The translations under genes and the position numbers were made by a program. 64,000 nt of DNA, taken from NCBI RefSeq assembly GCF_009914755.1, contig NC_060926.1. One strand, given 5' to 3'. Below the pieces are notes generated by a model. It did no database searches, was not told where the DNA came from, and saw only the letters and a list, made by a program, of their open reading frames with translations. Positions 1 through 12,959 of the stretch are shown here, one piece after another (positions within the stretch are counted from its first letter, which is position 1; each line of letters begins with the position of its first letter). Source of the stretch: the human T2T-CHM13v2.0 reference genome, Homo sapiens.

Positions 1-420
1 TATATATGGACATAAGAGAGGATTTATGGTGGAAATTGACTCACAAGATTATGGTGGCTGAGAAATTTCAGGATATGCCATCTGTCCACTGGAGGCCCAT
101 GAAAGCTAGTGGCATCATTCAGTCCTAGTCTGAAGACTCAAGAACCTGGAGCTACAGTGTCCAAGGACATAAGAAGATGGATGTTCCAGCTTAAGGAAGA
201 GGGAATGAGAGTTTGCCCTACTTTCACTTTTTTTGTTCTCTCTATGCAGGCCCTCAACCAATTGGATGAGGCCCATCCACAATGGGGATCTTCTTTACTC
301 AGTCTGCCAATTCAAATGCTAATTTCTTCTAGAAACACACAGACATACACAGAAATAATGTTAACCAGCTATCTGAGCAACCCTTAACCTTGTCATGTTG
401 ACATAGAATAAACCATTACA
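1..420 (-). mobile_element. MLT2-type ERVL LTR (cut by window edge)
   Basis: ttcaaatgctaatttcttctagaaacac...agaaataatgttaaccagctatctgagcaacccttaacc...ttgacatagaataaaccattaca matches the reverse complement of the recalled MLT2 LTR start. Confidence 0.8.
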
Positions 421-484
421 CATGGCTTCATTGAGTGGCCCTCCAGATAATTACTGGGGACATCTTACTTGTTCCCACCACTTA

Positions 485-665
485 TATTTCCTTTTTCATC
501 TCTGCTCCTTCTCTCTCCTACTTCTTTCTCTCTTTCCTCTCTCCCTCCCTTCATTCCTTTTCCCTTTTTTCTTTTTTTGATTCTTTTTTTTCTGCTTCCT
601 TCCTTCCTTCCTTCTTTCCTGTTTTCCTCTCTTTTCCTATCTGCTTCTTTCTTTTTCTGTCTTGC
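485..665. repeat. CT-rich polypyrimidine low-complexity tract
   Basis: ~180 bp almost entirely C/T on the + strand; explains the spurious F/S/L-rich and K/R/E-rich ORFs. Confidence 0.9.
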
Positions 666-1445
666 TTTGAAATACTTTTTGCTCATTTGCCTATAATTTA
701 CTTGTTGGTTTCTAAAATTTAGATGAACATTATATAGTATTACTAGGGGTCACAGGGGCTGAAGTGGTGGTCCAGTGTCGAGGATAAACCACTCACAATC
801 ATAACTGGGGTGACCAGCATTTTCATAGCTGTTTGTCTGGAGTGGGTTTTCTATGATCAGTCAGCATCCTAGATCTCTGAATACATTTGCCTCAATGTAT
901 TCTGTAAGCCATTTACATTTGGATAAATATCCACACAGGAATTCTGAAGTGATTATGAAAATTGAAACAATACAGGGCAAAATGACACATTTTACAGGGG
1001 ATAAGACTCTACTAATGGCACAGTATAATCTATTCATCGTATTATGGCCCTGTGTTCTCTAAGGAGTGTCTGAAATCTATGAGATACTTCTATATCCAAA
1101 TTTACATTGGTCTCGCAAAAATCTCTCTGAAGGCATTAATTGCAAAATAGATCAAGGTTTTTCCTCGATTTCATTCTACTTGCCGCAAGTGCTCTGAGAG
1201 ATTACATTTCTCTGGATGAAGTCAATGAAGCCCTGAGATTAACATTCACCCAGGAGGGGTGATCAGCCCCCGGAGAGCTTGGTCTATGCACTTTGAATTT
1301 TACAGGCCAAGGAAAAGAGCCTATAACTCAAAAGCTCACAAGCAGGATCTACCCAAATTTGTCCTTGTCTCTAGTTCTGCTTTTTTCCTGAAGTTTTTTT
1401 TCTTCCCTTTCTGCCTCTTCCCTTCTTGCCACCTTTAGCATGACC

Positions 1446-1719
1446 ACTCCAGTAAGGACGTGAATGATAAGAAAGCAAAACAACCTTATTGCTAATGCAG
1501 AGAAAGTTTTAATGGTCTGGATAGGGGATCAAACTAGCCACAACATTCCCTTAAACCAAGCCTAATCCAGAGCAAGACTCTAACTCTCGTCAATTATATT
1601 AAGGCTGAGAGAGGTGAAGAAGCCACAGAAGAAAACTTTGAAGTTGGTTCATGAGGCTTAAGAAAAGAAGTCATCTCTGTAACATACAAGTACAAGGTGA
1701 AGCAACAAGTGCTGATGTA
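1446..1719 (+). mobile_element. Tigger1 internal fragment (copy of 2348-2625)
   Basis: Aligns colinearly with the transposase region of the adjacent Tigger1; has no TIRs of its own. Confidence 0.9.
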
Positions 1720-1751
1720 TTTTGATAAATTTAATCAAGCCAGCTTGTGTA

Positions 1752-4138
1752 CAGGCATATCATATTTTATTGCACTTTATAGATATTGCATTTTTACAAA
1801 TTGAAGGTTTGTGGCAACCCTGCATTAAGCAAGCCTATCAGTGCCATTTTTCCAACAACACATGTTCCCTTTAGGTCTCTGGGTCACATTTTGGTAATTC
1901 TCAGAATATTTCAAACTTTTTCATTATTATTGCATCTATTATAGTGATTTGTGATCATCAATTTTTGATATTACTATTGTAATTTTTTGGCAGTGCCATC
2001 ACCCACACCTATATAAGACAGTGAACTTAGTCAGTGAATGTTGTGTATGTTCTGACTGCTTCACTGACCAAACATTCTCTCTTCTGTCTCCTGCTCCTCA
2101 GGCCTCCCTATTTCCTGACACACAAAAATACTGAAGTTAAGCCAATGAATAACCCTACAATGGCCTCTAAGTGACCAAGTGAAAGGAAGAGTCACATACC
2201 TGTCACTTTAAATCAAAAGCTAGAAATGATTAAACTTGGTGAGGAAGGCATGTCGAAGCTAAGATAGGCCAATAGCTAGGCCTCTTGCACCAAACCATTA
2301 GCCAAGTTGTGAATGCAAAAGAAAAGTTCTTGAAGGAAATTTAAGGTACTATTTCAGTAAACAAATTAATAATAAGAAAGCAAAAGAGCCTTATTGCTAA
2401 TGCAGAGAAAGTTTTAGTGGCCTGGATAGAAGATCAAACCAGCCACAACATTCCCCTAAGACAAAGCCTAATCCGGAGCAAGACCCTAACTCTCTTCAAT
2501 TTTATGAAGGCTGAGAGAGAGGAAGAAGCTACAGAAGAAAACTTTCAAGTTGGTTCATGAAGCTTAAGGAAAGAATCCATCTCTACGACATAAAATTGCA
2601 AGGTGAAGCAGCATGTGCTGATGTAGAAGTTACAGCAAGTTATCCAGAAGATCTAGCTAAGATCATTGACAAAAGGTGGTTACAATAAACAGATCTAAAA
2701 CCGTCTTATATCAAAAGAAAATGCTAGGTAGGATGTTCATAGCTAGAGAACAGAAGTCAATGCCTGGCTCCAAAGCTTCAAAGGACAGGCTGGCCCTCTT
2801 GTTAGGGGAGTAATGCAGCTGGCGATTTTAATTTGATGGCACCATCCATTTACCTTTCCAAAAATCATAGCCCCCTAAATAATTATGCTATAGAAATCCT
2901 ATCTGTGCTATATAAGTTAAACAACAAAGCCTGGATGACAACACATCTGTTCACTTCATGGTTTACTGATCATTATAAGCCCAGTGCTGAGATATGCTTC
3001 TCAGAAAAGAAGATTTCCTTCAAACTACTGTGCTCCTTGACAATGCACCTGGTCACCCAAGAGCTCTGACGAAGTTGTATAAGAAAATTAATTCTGTTTT
3101 CATGCCTGCTAACCCAACACCCTTTCTGTATTCCAAGGATCAAGGAGTAATTTTGACTTTCAAATCTTATTAGTTAAGAAATATATTCAATAAGGCTATA
3201 GTTGCCATAGATACAAATATTGATTAGATTCCTCCAATGGATTTGGGCAAATTAAATTGAAAATCTCCTAGAAAGGATTCAGTATTCCGGATGCCATTAA
3301 GAACATTTGTGATTCATCAGAGGAGGTCAAAATATCAACATTATCAGGAATTTGGAAAAAGTGGATTTCAACCCTCATGGATGACTTTGATGAGGGGTTC
3401 AAGACTTCAGTGGAGGAAGTAACTACAGATTTGATAGAAATAGCAAGAGAACTAAAATTAGAAGTGGAACCTAAAGATGTGACTGAATTGCTGCAATCAC
3501 ATGGTAAAACTTGACTGGATAAGGAATTCCTTCTTATGGATAAGCAAAGAAATTGGTGTTTTGAGATGGAATCCACTCTTGGTGAAGATGCTGTGAACAT
3601 CGTTGAAATGATAACAAAGGACTGAGAATATTCTAGACACTTAATTGATAAAGCACTGGCAAGGTTTGAGAGGATTGACTCCAACTTTGAAAGAAGTTCT
3701 ACTGTGGGTAAAATGCTAGGAAACAGCGTTGCGTGCTATAGAGAAATCTTTCATGAAAGGAAGAGTCAATCAATGCGAAAACTTCATTGTTGTCTTACTT
3801 TAAGAAATCACCACAGCCACACCAGCCTTCAGCAACTGCCACCCTGATCTGTCTGCAGCCATAGATATTGAGGTGAGACCTTCCACCAGCAAAAACATTA
3901 CAACTGGATGAAGGTTCGGATAATCTTTACCGATAAAGTATCTTTCAGTTAGGGTATGTACATTGCTTTTATTTTTAACATACTGCTATTTCACACTTAA
4001 TAGACTACATTATAGTATAAACATAACTTTTATACACACTGGAAAACCAAAGCATTTATGTGACTTGCTTTATTGCAATATTTGCTTTATTGTAGTGACC
4101 TGGAAGAGAACCTGCAATATCTCTGAGGTATGCTCGTG
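1752..4138 (+). mobile_element. Near-full-length Tigger1 (TcMar-Tigger DNA transposon) with decayed transposase
   Basis: TA|caggcata 5' TIR at 1750-1759; 3' end gcaatatctctgaggtatgc...TA at 4114-4140; ORF 2833-3069 retains Tigger1/TIGD1-like peptide LYKLNNKAWMTTHLFTSWFTD; many stops and frameshifts. Confidence 0.95.
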
Positions 4139-4968
4139 TATAATACAAAATTTAGGAGCTCTTGAAACCTTGTTATTTTTGCAAATAATGACAATAATTA
4201 TACATCGTAGAGCAATTTGGTAGGTACAATTTTTCCTAATATAATATGTATCTGAAACCCAATAAGTGGCACAAAGTGACAGACCTGAGAGAGATGTCAG
4301 TAGTACATGACAGGTCCATCTCCAAAACTGAATCCAATCTAAGTAGAAAGGTATTTCTGACAAAATTCTGGAAGTTGATTTTACCCCCACTGAGCATGTA
4401 TTGTTGAAACTCAGTGACTTGCTTCATGAAATAGACTCTGAAAATTCATCAACTTTAGCAATCATTTGGCTGATGGTGTTCAAGAAGTTACATTTTTTTG
4501 TAAAGGAGAATCACTCATCTTTAACACTCAGACTCTTCCAAGTAATAGTGAAAAATTGATATTGAAAACGCTAGAGAATTAGACATGTTATGAGCATTAT
4601 CTACAAGCTCTAGTTTTCCTTGTGAAGCTGTTGGAATGACTGTGGGCATGGTGAAGAGAGATGCAGGTAAGGCTAACTAGATGTTAATTGTTGATGGGGG
4701 GAGTGGGGCGGGCTGAAGGAAGTCACTCATCCTTCCTGGTACTCAATTTCCTTCTTTGTAAACTAGATTAGTGTTTCTCAGATTTTTACATTTCATTATC
4801 CAGTAGCAATGTAATAGGATGCTAAATATAATAGGGTTATCAACTTTGAGTTTTGCCAACTAAGGACATTAAAAAGTTGCCATCTACTCTCACCATAATT
4901 TTATAAAGGGTAGGAAACCTTAGCACCAAAAAAGTTATTAAACCTAACTTTAGAAAATCTTTCCACAA

Positions 4969-5310
<342 letters not shown>

Positions 5311-5398
5311 TAGGACTTTATCACTGACCCAGTGTGGGTCCTCGGAACATCATTTGGGAGTCCTGGATATTTACAGCCCTGATTTTTATACATGTTAA

Positions 5399-5760
5399 TG
5401 GCTATGGTCTGAATGTTTATTTCAGCCACCAAAATTCATATGTTGAAATCCTAGCCCTCATGGCGATGGTGTTGGGAGATGGGGCCTTTGGGAGGTGATT
5501 AAGTTATGAGAGCAGAACCCTCAGGAATGGGATTAGTGCTCTTATAAAAGAGGCCTAATGTTTGCCCCTTTCATCATGTGAGGACACAGTGAGAAGGCAC
5601 CATCTATGAACCAGGAAACAGGCCCTCACCAGTCACTGAGTCTGCTGGTGCCTTGATCTTGAACTTCCCAGCCTCCAGAATTGTTGGAAATAAATTGATG
5701 TTGTTGTTTATAAGCCATTCAGTTTATGGTATTTTATTGTAGCAGCCCAAACAGATGATA
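5399..5760 (+). mobile_element. MLT1A0-like MaLR solo LTR
   Basis: gctatggtctgaatg...aaaattcatatgttgaaatcct...ggggcctttgggaggtgatt...cttataaaagagg...tagcagcccaaacaga. Confidence 0.85.
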
Positions 5761-7706
5761 ACCCAAAACAAAAATTAGGTAGATGTAGTCTTCAAATTCT
5801 GTATGACTCAAAGCTTATTACTCATCTATTTTCTGCCATTTACTATTTCTTCATCAAGTTCTTAAGACATTCCATTTTGAGAAATGCATTTTTAAGCTTT
5901 CCTTCCTATTTCACAGATATCACCAAAATGTAGGTTTACTAATTTTTTTCTCTACCCCAAACGCATTCTTTCTTATTTACTGAACTTTTATTTGATTACA
6001 ACAAAGAAAACACACACACACACAAAACCTCACACTCATTTCAACTGCTTGATTGTCATACGTGGCTGAGAGTTACAGGACAGAAAGTCCTATTAGAGCT
6101 TTTTAAAGAGTATAAACAGAATATTAATTTTCTTTTTTCTACCTACAATTACTGAGTGAGGAGTTAGAGAAGAAGAAAAGAACTTATAAATTTTGCACAG
6201 TCACCAGCTGAATTGTAGTCAAAAGTAGGTAGATTTTGTTTAGGAGATTTTCTTGGTGTAGATCTTTGTGACTGTGCTCTGACATTCTTCTAGTATATTG
6301 GTTTGGCTACTTCTTTCTTCTTACGTAATAGAACAAGAACAAACATATTTTATAATTTTGGTTTCTTGACATCCAGATTCAGATTCAGTTCTGGGCTCTC
6401 ATATTATATGGGAGTGAAGGGTTTTTGGAAACAGCTGGTCTGTTTGGAATACCCTGCTTTCCTCCTTCCAGCCATCCTTCCCTGCCACCTCCCCATTCAG
6501 TCTTCATTTACTCAGTCTCACAGGCAAGCTTGCCAAACGGCCTCAAATAAGCTCCATCTGCTCACTACCTAATCTCTATTTAAATCAAGCTAAATAAACA
6601 CTTTTTTTCTGGGAGAACTGGGCACATTTCTGTAGTAGGATTGTATGGAAACACCTCTCCTCACATCTTCCACAGCATTCGTTTGTGGAGTTTGTTTTTC
6701 TTTAAGGCCTTTTCAGGCTACACTGTAATTAGCACTGCAGCTTTTGCTTATTTTTGAAATGATTACCCAACACAAAAAAAAGAAAGGCAAAGTTTGTGGT
6801 TATTTGGTTAATTCAGGCAGTGGAGTCAGCCACAGCAGATAATTATGTTTCTCTTAAAGAAATCATTCAGAGAATGAATTACTCTGTGAAGTTACCTGCA
6901 TTGATCTCATCCATCAGATACTGGGCCCTCTATTCAGTGCTTTCTAGAAAAAAAAATCTACATCTCTATTACCTTCCACACCTGGCGTTCCCAACCTGTC
7001 CATCCCTCCCCTCCTGTCTCTTTTTACTTCCCCAAAAAAATCAAGGAAAGTGAAACTAAGGTTACTGTTGTTTTAATGGTCATTCTGAAACCTGACATTG
7101 TTTTCCTGGAAATTGTTCAGTGCTCTGCCATTTCTAGATGGATAGGAGGGGATGTGATCAAAATCAAAGAGTGGAGCCGAACTAAGGGCTAATATCTAAT
7201 AAATCTTGAATTTCAATTTGCAATATATTTATTAATCACAAAAATCTTTGACAGAAAGTCATGCATGCCCATGCTCATGGGTGCCTAATTTTTTTGCAGA
7301 GAGTATTGATGGTAACTTCTTCTGGTCCAAAGGGAGTCAATTTTAGTAGCAACAATAAAACGTCATGAGAGGTTCCTTTTTTATTTTCTGACTTTTAAAA
7401 CAAAATCCAAAACATCTACGTCATCCCCAAACTTCAAATGTACCCAATTCTTTATTTGCTGTTTTCTTGATACTATAGTTTTTCTTAAGGCTTATACAGA
7501 TTCTTTCTGGTCTCAAAGGAGCATTGCTCAGTTCTGCTCTGGGCACACGTGGTATTCTGCTTTCTTGGGTTTATACCCTTCGAGATATTTTTAGATGTCA
7601 CTGGCAAATTTGATTCCTGATTTTTTTCTTTTTCAGTTCCTTTTCTATACAAAGTCTGTTCCCCAACTAGTTATTCACATATTCATGGCCTATAAAGATA
7701 ACTGCT

Positions 7707-8118
7707 TGATATGGTTTAGATCTGTGTCCCCACCCAAATTTCATGTAGAATTGTGATTCCTAATGTTGGAGCTGGAGCCTGGTGGGAGGTGATTGAATCA
7801 TGGGGCAGTTTTCTCACGAATGGTTTAGCAGCATCCCGTTGGTGCTGTCCTTGTGATAGAGTTCTCATGAGATCTAGTTGTTTAAAAGTGTGTGGCACTT
7901 CCCTCCCTCTCTCTTCCTCCTGTTCCAGCCATGTGAAGTGCTCACTCTCCCTCTGCCTTCCACCATAATTGGAAGCTTACTGAGACCTCCGCAGAAGCAG
8001 AAGCTATTGTGCTTCCTATATAGCCTGCAGAACTGTGAGCCAATTATATACCTCTTTACTTTATAAATTACCCAGTCTCGGGTATTTCTTCATAGCAGTG
8101 CAAGAACAGACTAATACA
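7707..8118 (+). mobile_element. MSTA MaLR solo LTR
   Basis: TGATATGG...CTAATACA termini with perfect 5-bp TSD ctgct (7702-7706, 8119-8123). Confidence 0.92.
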
Positions 8119-8429
8119 CTGCTGTATTTCAACATGGTATTATTTACACTCAATGTTCCATTTGTGAGAACAGAAAAATATTCCTGGTAATTTTCTCCAA
8201 CTATTCCACCAGCAGAGGCTTCACATGTTCTCCTACAAAAGCCTCTCTTAGTGTCATTGTGAATAAGAGGCCACATTTACCTAGTATAATACCATGTCTT
8301 AAACTTCAGGTGATTGATAAAAATAAAGTCATTGCTCCTTTTATTTTATTTGTTTATTGTATTGATTATTAGAAGAAGTATGCTTAATGACAAGAAGACT
8401 GATAATTCCTTGCACTTGAATATTTCCTG

Positions 8430-8600
8430 TGGCATGGAAAAAGCATGGATGTTACTATCTATTAGAAGATGTGGCTCCAGTTCTGGCCTTGCCACTTTCT
8501 GGCTGTAAGACGTTGGATGTTAATTAGCCTCTCTGACTTGATGACTCATCTATTCAGAAAAACAAACATATAATCATCTATAACTCACAGGGCTGTGAAT
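8430..8600 (+). mobile_element. MIR fragment
   Basis: Degenerate MIR core: ttctggccttgccactttctggctgtaagacgttgg...cctctctgac. Confidence 0.6.
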
Positions 8601-9009
8601 CAAAAAGACGGTGTTCTTCGAGGACAAGAACTATCTTTTCATCTTGGTATCTCCAGCACCCAGTGCATTGCTAACCAAAAAAAAAGTAGGAACTCAATGA
8701 AATGGTAGTCTGAATCAATGAGAAAGTAAAAGGATGGATGACTGAACTAGTTAATGGACATGAAGACATTACTATATAGAGATAAAGAGAAGTTGTTTTA
8801 TTTTATCAAAGCAAACAGGACAAAGTTTAGTATAGAGGACTGAAAGTCTTACAAGGAAGTTGAAAGCCACTGTGGCTTTAGGCACTTTTGTTTTCTAATT
8901 AACCCATAAAAGCGAGAGTTGAAACCAGTAGCAGTCTTGATTACAATTTTTCAAAGTATTTCTTGAATTACTGATAATGTCAATCACCATTATAACAACA
9001 ACAATAACA

Positions 9010-9190
9010 TTAAGAGAACACTTACATTGTGCTGGGCACTCTGCTAAGTGTTTAAGGTGCTTTATTTCATTTTATCTTCAAAAAGAACCCTAAGAGGTAG
9101 ACACCAACATATTCCTTAGATATTAAAAAAATTAAGTGACATAACTAAGGTCACACAGCCAGCACATGGCCAAGCCCCTGCTGAATGCTA
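9010..9190 (-). mobile_element. MIR fragment
   Basis: tgtgctgggcactctgctaag...aaccctaagaggtag...ttaagtgac...aaggtcacacagc. Confidence 0.7.
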
Positions 9191-9829
9191 TTTCCTTATC
9201 ATGACTTCAAAGCCACACTGTAATAAAATATTTGGTTTACTGGCCTCATTTGCTTGACAGACATTACAGGAGAGCATAGTCTATGTTCTATTCCATTTTA
9301 AGTCCTCAGAATGCAGATGGTGCCTGGCCAACTGTGTACTTGAATGTTGAATGAACTAATTGGTGGTTCGGCCCATACATAAACTTTGTTTTCAGGCATC
9401 CCAAAGGCCTCTGTTGAAGGAGTTCTGTGTTTCTTTATCTTCCCTTCTTGTTCCTCTATCCCAGCCCAAGACTTACTGCCCCCACTGACCCTTTGGCCAA
9501 CCAAACTTCTGGTTTTCTTGGCAAGACCAGTTTTGGAAATCTCAAGTCCAATCTATAATTTTTTTTAAAAACCACATATAATTTATTCCACTCTAAAATT
9601 AATATCTTCCTTTTATTATGCTTCATTTTTCTATTTCAAGGCAGTCTTATGTTGCAAACCACTTTTGGATCATGATTTGTAATGTGTATGTGAGTTTGAG
9701 GTGTACATGCTCACAGAAGATGTTTCTTTTTTTTCTGCAGCAACTCACAGACCAAATCTATTAAATTTGGACCAGAAAGAGCATCCTCTTACTAAAGACT
9801 CAGCCTGTAAACTGGAAAAAGAATCACGA

Positions 9830-11344
9830 CTATTTTGGGGAGCAGCTGCCCTCAGAATTCTGATCATCCATCTTTAATTTTTTTTAATGACTAGATTGCA
9901 GATGACTTCAATCTTGCCCATAGGGATGCTGTGTTCCATTAACTGTCTCCATACATCTCTACAGATCAAGCTTTTCTGGCTGCCCCTCTGACTTTGCTGC
10001 TCATTATGAAATTGTGCCCACTTGGCTTCCCATTGTTAAGTACTGTCTCCTGGCCCCTAATATGGGATCCTGTCATCCCCATTGCTATCAGGAAGCCCAG
10101 TTCTATAAAAGTATTTCCAAAGGCTAGTCCAGGCCAATAGAGAATAGCCATCACTGTGCATCTCAAAGATGAGGGTGCCTCTCTCACCAATGCATTTCTT
10201 ACTACTTTGGTAAGTGGAATATTTGCCAGGTTCTCTCTTGAAACAGAGTTGGCTACTGGACCTTCCAGCCTTATCTGCTGTATCCTCTTCAGTGTGCCTT
10301 TTCTGAGGCTTTGAGACCTTTTTCCACTGTCAGTCATGGCAGCTCTGGCATTTCTACTTCACTAAGCTTGGGCTGTCCATCACTGTCTCCTAGCTTCCAA
10401 GAGACATCCTATCTGAAAATTTCCCCAGTCTCCTGGTGACTTTGCCAGGGTATGTATTCCTGTATCATGAGGCAGTACTAACATATTGACAAAATGTTCC
10501 TTTTCTAACTTTCGTTCTGCTTCCCTTGATCAGCATCCGCATTCCCTTACATTACTCCCCTGGCTGGATTCTACAGCTTCTTTGTGGGATAGCCCCTTTC
10601 TCTCTTAGCAGACTCAGAACTTCCTCACTTGTATTAAGTTTTGACGTAACCACAGTTATTTTTCTGTGACCAGAAAGAGAGGTGAGGGTACATCCTGAAG
10701 GGAGTTCATAGTGTCTTGCAAGTCAAGACCCTCTGAATCATCTGCAAGCAGGGAAGAGGAGAAGCTAGCCTTTCACAGGGAGAAATCAGCCACTTCTGTG
10801 GAACGAGAAGGTATAGAAAGATTTGGGAGTTCAAGATTCTTTAGTGCATTGTCCCAGATTCCCCATCCCAATTTCAGAGTTTCATTCTTTTCCAATGAAT
10901 ACCCTAACCTTGGCTTGGCTAAATTGCTGAAGTTGAAAATTCAACTGTCTCTGGAATTCTGCTACTCTTGTAATGACGTTAGGGGCCTGATCCTCACCTT
11001 TCTCTGCTCTCTGGTTGCAGATGAAGATCTCTTTGTTTGCTGCCAAGGAGACCATCTGGTTTTCACACTTCATCTTGAATTGTTGATTCATCATCCTCAG
11101 CCTGTCATTATCTTTCTCCAATGCATCACTTGGCCCCAGCAACAATTTTCTAATTCTATAATTCTTTTATAAGCACTTCCCCAAACCTGGTTTGCCAGCT
11201 ATGAAAGCTGTAACAGTTGTACCACTACAGCATGCCAGAGCTATCACTACCCCACTTACTAGGTGATGGGATGTATATTGCCAATCATCCAGTTCCAAAA
11301 TGCCATTTAGTTTCTCCCTCCTAATGTCACTCCTGATACCCTAT
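9830..11344 (-). mobile_element. ERVL-class internal region (ERV3-16A3/ERVL-E-like): PBS plus gag remnant, 3'-truncated
   Basis: Minus-strand peptides MAFWNWMI (ATG 11306-11304), ...ITRVAEFQRQLN...QAKVRVFIGKE (10882-11145) and PLTKVVRNALVREAPSSLR (9966-10337) resemble ERVL Gag; interrupted by stops. Confidence 0.85.
11328..11340 (-). promoter_or_regulatory. Retroviral primer-binding site, tRNA-Leu type
   Basis: + strand cactcctgatacc resembles the tRNA-Leu(CAG) 3' end CACTCCTGACACCA; lies immediately inside the LTR. Confidence 0.7.
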
Positions 11345-11748
11345 TGCATATCAGGTTTCTTGGAAAACAGACTTATATAGAGGTTTGCATTCAGGAAGTT
11401 CACTGGGGATCCCTCTCAGGGGCCACACCTGTGGGTGCATGAGTGAGGTAAGATTGAACAGAGGGAAGAGTCAAATTTGGAGCCATCACTTCATAAGTCT
11501 CGGGTGATCCCATAGTGAGCTGTCAAGCTGGGACAGTTTTTTATATTTGTCCCACCTTAAAGCAAGGGAGTAAGAGCTTTACACTCTTCCCTCAACCAGC
11601 TGCTCCTGGGAAGTGTGCTTCAGTGTAGACAAAACAGTTCTCTTCAGCTGAGAGCAGTTCTGAGAAAGAATGCATCCAGTACTCCCAGAGGCTAAGGGCA
11701 GGAGGGCTGGTCCTGAAGGGATCTGGGCAGCACACATTAGCCACTTGT
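11345..11748 (-). mobile_element. LTR16-family (LTR16A-like) 5' LTR of the ERVL provirus
   Basis: Reverse complement reads gctgcccagatcccttcaggacc...caggtgtggcccctgagaggg...aacttcctgaatgcaaacctc...gtctgttttccaagaaacctga. Confidence 0.8.
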
Positions 11749-12607
11749 AGATTCCTTTACGTAGGTAATATGTCTCACTCATACTCATAAAGTCAGCTCC
11801 TAGCATGGTGCACCTGACATATAGCAGTATAAAATACATGTGGTTGACTCAATGAAGGTATGTGGGATGGTGAGGGAAAGAAATAGACAGTGAGATGGAG
11901 ATGAAATTTAGACATCTAGACATATTGATTTTAAGAGGCCATTTTGACTGTTTAGTATAGATGTTCAACAAACATATATATACAAATGAGCTTAAATCCA
12001 GAGGAAAGTTCATGGTTAAAGCAAGAGTTTGGGGGTCAGAATATAAATGTTATTAGAGCCCTTCTCCTTACTGATAGAACTGTAATTAAACAATAAAAGA
12101 ATTTCTTAGTCTTGTTTGCAGATGGGTGTAGCTACGTGACAGAATTTTGTAAGTGTAGGTTATGGAGTGGAGATTCTTTCAATAATCCTAAGAAAGGTGA
12201 CAGATTCAACTACTGTTTGTACTTTTCCTATGTTTCTGAGCCTGAGTATCTGTAGATTGGGCTGTTAGAGCTGCAGCAGTCCACAAAAGAAATGCCAACA
12301 GTCAGCAGCCCCCAACATCCCAGCTCAGGAAGGCTGACCTCAGGATTCCATCATACGAAAGAAAAATAAAAGCCTGTCCTGTGCACACCTCTCTTTTCAA
12401 ATTCCCTATGTGCCAAATGCAATCTATAACTAATGAACTTGGATGAGATAGCCTCAGGAAAGAATTTGGAGTAGGGAAAGCAGATGCTGTGAGAAACTCT
12501 GGAGGAAACTAATGTGTGAGGAGTGAGTAAAAGAAGAACAGGCCATGAAGAAAACTAAGAAATCAGCTGTGGATGCAAGAGGAGGCCCTGAAGAGAGTGA
12601 TATCATT

Positions 12608-12959
<352 letters not shown>

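Noticed and set aside
435-722. Overlapping ORFs of 73-95 aa (F/S/L-rich and K/R/E-rich)
   Set aside because: Artefact of the stop-poor CT-rich tract.
3268-3684. 138-aa minus-strand ORF
   Set aside because: Antisense shadow of the Tigger1 transposase.
10711-11172. 153-aa plus-strand ORF
   Set aside because: Antisense to the ERVL gag remnant, with a non-ATG start.
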